Notes under the pieces: model-generated
Seen by the model: the letters and a program-made list of their open reading frames with translations, nothing else
The model's database searches: none
What the model was told of the DNA's origin: nothing
Program-made: the position numbers and the translations under genes
In this document: positions 59,724-64,000 of the stretch, piece after piece
Layout: each line of letters opens with the position of its first letter
Position numbering within the stretch: the stretch's first letter is position 1
NCBI GenBank assembly: GCA_030059675.1
Contig: JANVYQ010000002.1
Coordinates: forward strand, 128,001-192,000
Reading direction: 5' to 3'
DNA: 64,000 bases
Origin: Candidatus Pelearchaeum maunauluense
GTDB taxonomy: Archaea; Thermoproteota; Nitrososphaeria_A; Caldarchaeales; Caldarchaeaceae

Positions 59724-60006
59724 GGCCTCTTAGGATGTTGCCGCGCTTCTGTGGTATTAAGTCTGACTTGGCCATGAGGAGGGATATAGCCATGTTATTA
59801 ACGTGGAAAGCAGCGGGGCCACACCCTAGGCTTAAGGAGAGTCATGGAAAAGGTGTTAAAAGGAGGGTTTTTGGCTTGGGCTGGGGCAAACAAACCAACC
59901 ACAAGAGAACCCAACAAGAACCGGCGATTAAGAATCCTAAACCATCATCATGAGAGAGGGGAAAACTATTATTCTTGAAATGAAAACCCAGCTATGCGGA
60001 TAAGGT

Positions 60007-61014
60007 TTGAGAATAGGGATAGTTGGGGGAGGCGTTTCTGGAAGCTATCTAGCGTCTCTCTTAGATGAGAAACATAACGTAATAATATATGAGAGGCAGG
60101 AGTTTGAAAAATTCTATGCCGTATGTGCGTGGGGAACAAGTCTCCACGAGCTTAGGAGATTATCATCAAAAATAGGGCTTGACTTTGATGAGTACGTACT
60201 CTTTACTGGTAAGCGTATGATTGTCCAACTCCCAAATAGGGAGCTTGAGATACCCCTTAAGGGGTTATGCACATTTGATAAACGGCGATTTGTGATGGAT
60301 ATGCATAAAGGAAAGGAGATTGTTTACGGCAGAGCAATTGATAAAGCTCCGTCTGACAGGTATAATATCGTGATTGATGCTACAGGGTTTAATCGCGCGC
60401 TCCTACCCAAGATAAAGAAAGATTATTTCATACCGACGCTTGAGTATAGAGTTCGGTTTAACTCGCCGCCGTTTGACGATTTCATGGTACGGCCTCTCAA
60501 GGGGCTATGTGGCTATCTTTGGTTCTTCCCACTTGAGAATGGATACGCCCACGTGGGTGCTGGAGACTACTATAAGCGCCATGTGGATGTTCTTCGTGAG
60601 TTTATGCGCGAGCATGGCGGTGAAATAGTCAAGAAGATAGGTAGGCCCGTGCGCATAGCGCCGCCACACCTATGCCAGCCCATAATGGAGGGAAATGTTA
60701 TAGGGGTGGGCGAGAGCATAGGCGTTGTCTATCCAGCCCTAGGAGAGGGGATAATCCCAGGAATGCAGTGCGCAGAGCTACTAGCGCGGCACATTGAAAG
60801 AGGAACACTCCAACAATACCCGTCGGAAGTTATCAAAAAGTTTGATGTTTATGAGAAGGTTTTCGAGTTCATAAGGAAGAAGATTAAGGGAGAGTTTAGC
60901 TGGTTAAAAGACTTCAATCTCGTCCTTAGCGCCTTTTTGCATATGAAGCTGGCCGAAGATAGGTATGGCATGAAGATACGGCTTAGAGATTGGCTTAATG
61001 TGGTTAGAAGCTAG
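60007..61014 (+). CDS. FAD-dependent oxidoreductase, geranylgeranyl-reductase-like
   Basis: GGGVSG, CAWG, IDATG, GYLWFFP, GEGI. Confidence 0.85.
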   Translation: MRIGIVGGGVSGSYLASLLDEKHNVIIYERQEFEKFYAVCAWGTSLHELRRLSSKIGLDFDEYVLFTGKRMIVQLPNRELEIPLKGLCTFDKRRFVMDMHKGKEIVYGRAIDKAPSDRYNIVIDATGFNRALLPKIKKDYFIPTLEYRVRFNSPPFDDFMVRPLKGLCGYLWFFPLENGYAHVGAGDYYKRHVDVLREFMREHGGEIVKKIGRPVRIAPPHLCQPIMEGNVIGVGESIGVVYPALGEGIIPGMQCAELLARHIERGTLQQYPSEVIKKFDVYEKVFEFIRKKIKGEFSWLKDFNLVLSAFLHMKLAEDRYGMKIRLRDWLNVVRS

Positions 61015-61068
61015 CCGAATGGGCGGTTAAGGTTTATTTATAGGCTGAATCAAGCGCAGACAAGGTGA

Positions 61069-62316
61069 TTGGTCCTAGGTGTCGCCAAGCTTGTATGTAG
61101 AATATGCGGTGCAGAATACCCGCCAACGCTAAGGAACGTGTGCGACAAGTGCCTAGGGGCAGTTGATGTTATATACGAAGAACCACACGAAAATCTCAAA
61201 AATCTGCTCTCAACACGCACGGCACGCGGGGTATGGCGTTATAAGGAACTTTTACCCATAACAAGGGAAGAGCATATAGTAGACATAGGTGCTGGAGGCT
61301 CGCCGCTCATCCGCGCTGAGGAGCTGGGTAGAAGGATAGGAATCCGGAAACTCCTAATCAAGAATGATACGATAAATCCGAGCTTCTCTTTTAAGGATAG
61401 ACCATCTTCAGTAGCGGTTTCAAAGGCGCGTGAATTCAACCTACCAGCGGTGGGCTGCGCATCAACGGGTAATTTAGCCTCAGCAACTTCCGCACATGCA
61501 TCGGCAGCAAATATTCCTTGTATAGTCCTAATGCCTGATACAGTCGAGCTTCCCAAAATACGACAAGCATCAATGTATGGCTCACACATAATCCTAGTGG
61601 ACGGAACATACGACGACACTAACCGACTAGCTTACTTACTAACTGAGAGGACGCGTATAGGAATGGTGAATGTGAATCTAAGACCATACTACGTAGAGGG
61701 CTCTAAGACTATGATGTTTGAGATAGTTGAGCAGCTTGGCTGGAGGGCTCCTGAGAATATAATAATACCTATGGCCAGCGGCGCGCTGTTAGGTGCTCTG
61801 CATAAAGCTCTACGCGAGCTAGAGGGATTCAACATCCTGGACGATATTAACACGGTCTTTCATGGTGTCCAGCCCGTGGGCTGCGCTCCCATAAGCGATG
61901 CTTATGCGCGGAATGCTGAAGAGGTCATTCCAGTCAAGACACCTAACACCATAGTGAAGAGTCTTGCTATAGGAAGTCCAGGAGACGGAGAATATGCTCT
62001 AGGAATAGTGCGTAAGACAGGCGGAACATGCCAAGCCATAAGCGACAAAGACACTGTGGAGGCTGTTCACCTACTATGCCAGACTACTGGAATATATGCT
62101 GAGCCTGGCGGAGCTATCACGGTCGCTGCAGCCAAAAAAATGCGTGAAGAAGGCATATTGGATGCGGGGGATGAGGTGGTATGCTGCGTAACAGGCGCTG
62201 GCTATAAGGCTGACGAACTCATAGAACCGCGTGGCAAGACATATGCGGTGAAGCCGAAGATATCAGAAGTGCTACAGAGATTAAGCGCAGAGCTGCCAGT
62301 AATAGCCAGTGCATGA
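61069..62316 (+). CDS. thrC: Threonine synthase family with N-terminal Zn ribbon
   Basis: CRIC..CDKC, NPSFSFKDR, ASTGN, EGSKT, TGAG.K. Confidence 0.88.
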   Translation: MVLGVAKLVCRICGAEYPPTLRNVCDKCLGAVDVIYEEPHENLKNLLSTRTARGVWRYKELLPITREEHIVDIGAGGSPLIRAEELGRRIGIRKLLIKNDTINPSFSFKDRPSSVAVSKAREFNLPAVGCASTGNLASATSAHASAANIPCIVLMPDTVELPKIRQASMYGSHIILVDGTYDDTNRLAYLLTERTRIGMVNVNLRPYYVEGSKTMMFEIVEQLGWRAPENIIIPMASGALLGALHKALRELEGFNILDDINTVFHGVQPVGCAPISDAYARNAEEVIPVKTPNTIVKSLAIGSPGDGEYALGIVRKTGGTCQAISDKDTVEAVHLLCQTTGIYAEPGGAITVAAAKKMREEGILDAGDEVVCCVTGAGYKADELIEPRGKTYAVKPKISEVLQRLSAELPVIASA

Positions 62317-62628
62317 CTACTGTCGCTGATAAAGTTGCCTCAACAACTTTACAGCGTCAACAAACTTCGTCGAGGTTAATTGGAGCCCTTCAGATTCGCT
62401 TAACTCCCTTACAATTGACTGCTCTAAAATTGCGTAGCCCGGCCCGAAGATTGTACGTAAAGCTTGTGAGAAAATTTCAGGCTTGTCAGGTATTTCGCCC
62501 CGCCTAACTCCAAAACTATTTTCAAGATGAAAGTATAACGCTCTCGTACCATTCTCGCCTAGAACCGATAATGCCCTATCTACGGCGTCTTGGACTATTC
62601 TTCTTAGTATATCATGGTCTTTGCTTAT
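62317..62628 (-). CDS. 103-aa DUF3227/NitrOD5-like protein; only ATA available as start (not in ORF track)
   Basis: ISKDHDILRRIVQDAVDRALSVLGENGTRALYFHLENSFGVRRGEIPDKPEIFSQALRTIFGPGYAILEQSIVRELS...; in-frame TAA at 62647. Confidence 0.7.
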   Translation of the reverse strand: MSKDHDILRRIVQDAVDRALSVLGENGTRALYFHLENSFGVRRGEIPDKPEIFSQALRTIFGPGYAILEQSIVRELSESEGLQLTSTKFVDAVKLLRQLYQRQ

Positions 62629-62632
62629 GTTG

Positions 62633-64000
62633 CTACACCACTGGTGTTAGTCTCAGCTTGGGGAATCCTTCGGAATAGTCGTAGTAATCATACATTAGTG
62701 GGGATGGTGGCTTCGCCGTATATACGACCATAGCGCCCTCAACCTACTTAACGCATAAATGCATATCACACATGTCTGATATCTTGTCCTTTATCTCACT
62801 AGACGCCCTTGAACCAAATACGACTACATCATCATCTTCGCGTACCCTAATAATCATCTCTGAGATTTCCTTCATAATTTCATCACTCGGATAAATGTGC
62901 TCCAGCTTATCTACTCCCAACAATAAGAAACAAGGTTTCCTCCCATTCTTGCGAAGCTCTTGAATAGCACCACGTAGATTTTCCATACTCTTTTTAAATG
63001 ATGAACGGTCGAGTTTGAAATATTCCTTATCCTGTATATGTTCTCCGAAAATTCCTGTCTTTTGCCTCTCTTTTATATCTCGCTCATTAAGGTATGGTTT
63101 TATTGATTCGTTGATATATTGAGGTCTAACACCCCCAAAAGGTATTGCCACAACGCCTCCATCCTGAGCCAGCATATTCATCCTAATCTGCGCCAGAATG
63201 AAGAAATGCCATTCGGTGGGAGCGGTCTTACCTATCTCAAAAAATACTGCAGAACCCCCCTTTTTTAATCCGCCAGCGAGAAGTGCGTCAAAGTCTTCGC
63301 TTCCTGTCGAGTAATGTGTAGTTGTATGGGATATTGGCTTAAACTGTGATGGTTGTATCTTTTTTAGATTTTCTTCCTGGATGGGCTTGAATACTGTGAA
63401 TCTCCCCCCATAAAGCGTAAAGAGCCTTCTACGCCTTGCTATGGCCTGTCCTCGGATTTTCTCTACATAAATCTTCCTAGCTCGCCTATTCTCAAACTCT
63501 TCATCACGAAGCTCTATAACCGCATCAACCAAATAATCCGCGGCTGTTATGTCTGGATTCTCGCTTACTATAACTAGTGTAGAATCGCTTGACTCAACTA
63601 TTGCGGCAAGTGTCTTCTCTACACGAAGCCTCTCTTTCTCGTCAAGCTCCCGTGTTAGAGCATCAAGCGAATCCAAAACAATGAGAGGCAGCCTCAGTCT
63701 ATGCACAGCTTCAATAACCTTAGAAACTATATCAGAGACAGTACCTAGCCTGAGGTCTTCAAACGATACCTTGATAGCCTCAGCTAGATACTCCTGAACG
63801 GCACTCCTCTCCACAAGCTCTCTAATATGGGGGAAGTGCTGGCCGAGCTTAATCTCAGACACACGCGTAGATATGAACAACCCGCCTTTAGCAGCCTTAA
63901 GAAGCTATACAGCAAGAGTAGTCTTACCAGTCCCAGGCTCCCCCTTAATGATTATCGTCTTAATATTAGGGTCGATTAAGTCACCAATTCTAAACTCATT
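62633..64000 (-). pseudogene. GvpD-like (KaiC/RecA superfamily) ATPase with two in-frame TAGs (63905-63907, 62744-62746); start outside the window
   Basis: IIKGEPGTGKTTLAV*LL...STRVS...LDSLD...DYLVDAVIEL...KIRG...STG...D.LL.GG...HLCVK*VEGA...KPPSP...GFPKLRLTPVV. Confidence 0.8.

Noticed and set aside
59724-60006. ORF 59639-59953 or an ncRNA in the GINS upstream region
   Set aside because: No protein motif; the GT-rich then AC-rich composition gives only weak, non-specific pairing
62313-62507. ThiS/MoaD partner downstream of thrC
   Set aside because: No beta-grasp pattern or C-terminal GG; the real gene is on the opposite strand (62317-62628)
1-64000. Genome-wide TAG recoding (pyrrolysine or Gln)
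   Set aside because: Core genes (fusA, tbp, rrp41, rps11, rps4) end in TAG at their normal C-termini; no pyl genes in the window; one in-frame TAG replaces a typically conserved Trp
1-64000. CRISPR arrays, tRNA/rRNA genes, IS elements, integrases
   Set aside because: No regularly spaced repeats, T-loop/cloverleaf patterns, rRNA-like stretches or transposase motifs found by eye; a tRNAscan/Infernal run is still advisable

Overview
Archaeal chromosomal window of TACK type. Gene content and protein sequences suggest a thermophilic Aigarchaeota/Nitrososphaerota-like lineage (inference). It is mostly core genes: EF-2, the proteasome-exosome superoperon, an ECF transporter, TBP, a complete lipA-E1a-E1b-E2-E3-lipB operon, cofE, taw1, Moco genes, a split rps4/rps11 pair, cca-thpR-tmk, rnz-trm11-prs-alaX, GINS-MCM-Hel308 and thrC. 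Three accessory patches show decay: 1-1260, 45130-49460 (a mosaic of gene fragments) and 62317-64000 (GvpD/KaiC-like ATPase plus partner). No tRNA, rRNA, CRISPR array, transposase or intein was seen. The main unexplained signals are: (1) a ~335-nt intergenic element (33247-33582) of seven nested stems whose only non-Watson-Crick pairs are G-U on the + strand; (2) a 105-codon tract in EF-2 where 104 codons end in T/G; (3) three apparently intact genes lacking ATG/GTG/TTG starts (CTG, ATT, ATA); (4) a MoaD whose C-terminal GG is masked by LFVK; (5) five in-frame stops in four otherwise open genes; (6) small genes missed by the ORF track. All family calls come from motif recognition by eye, not database searches.
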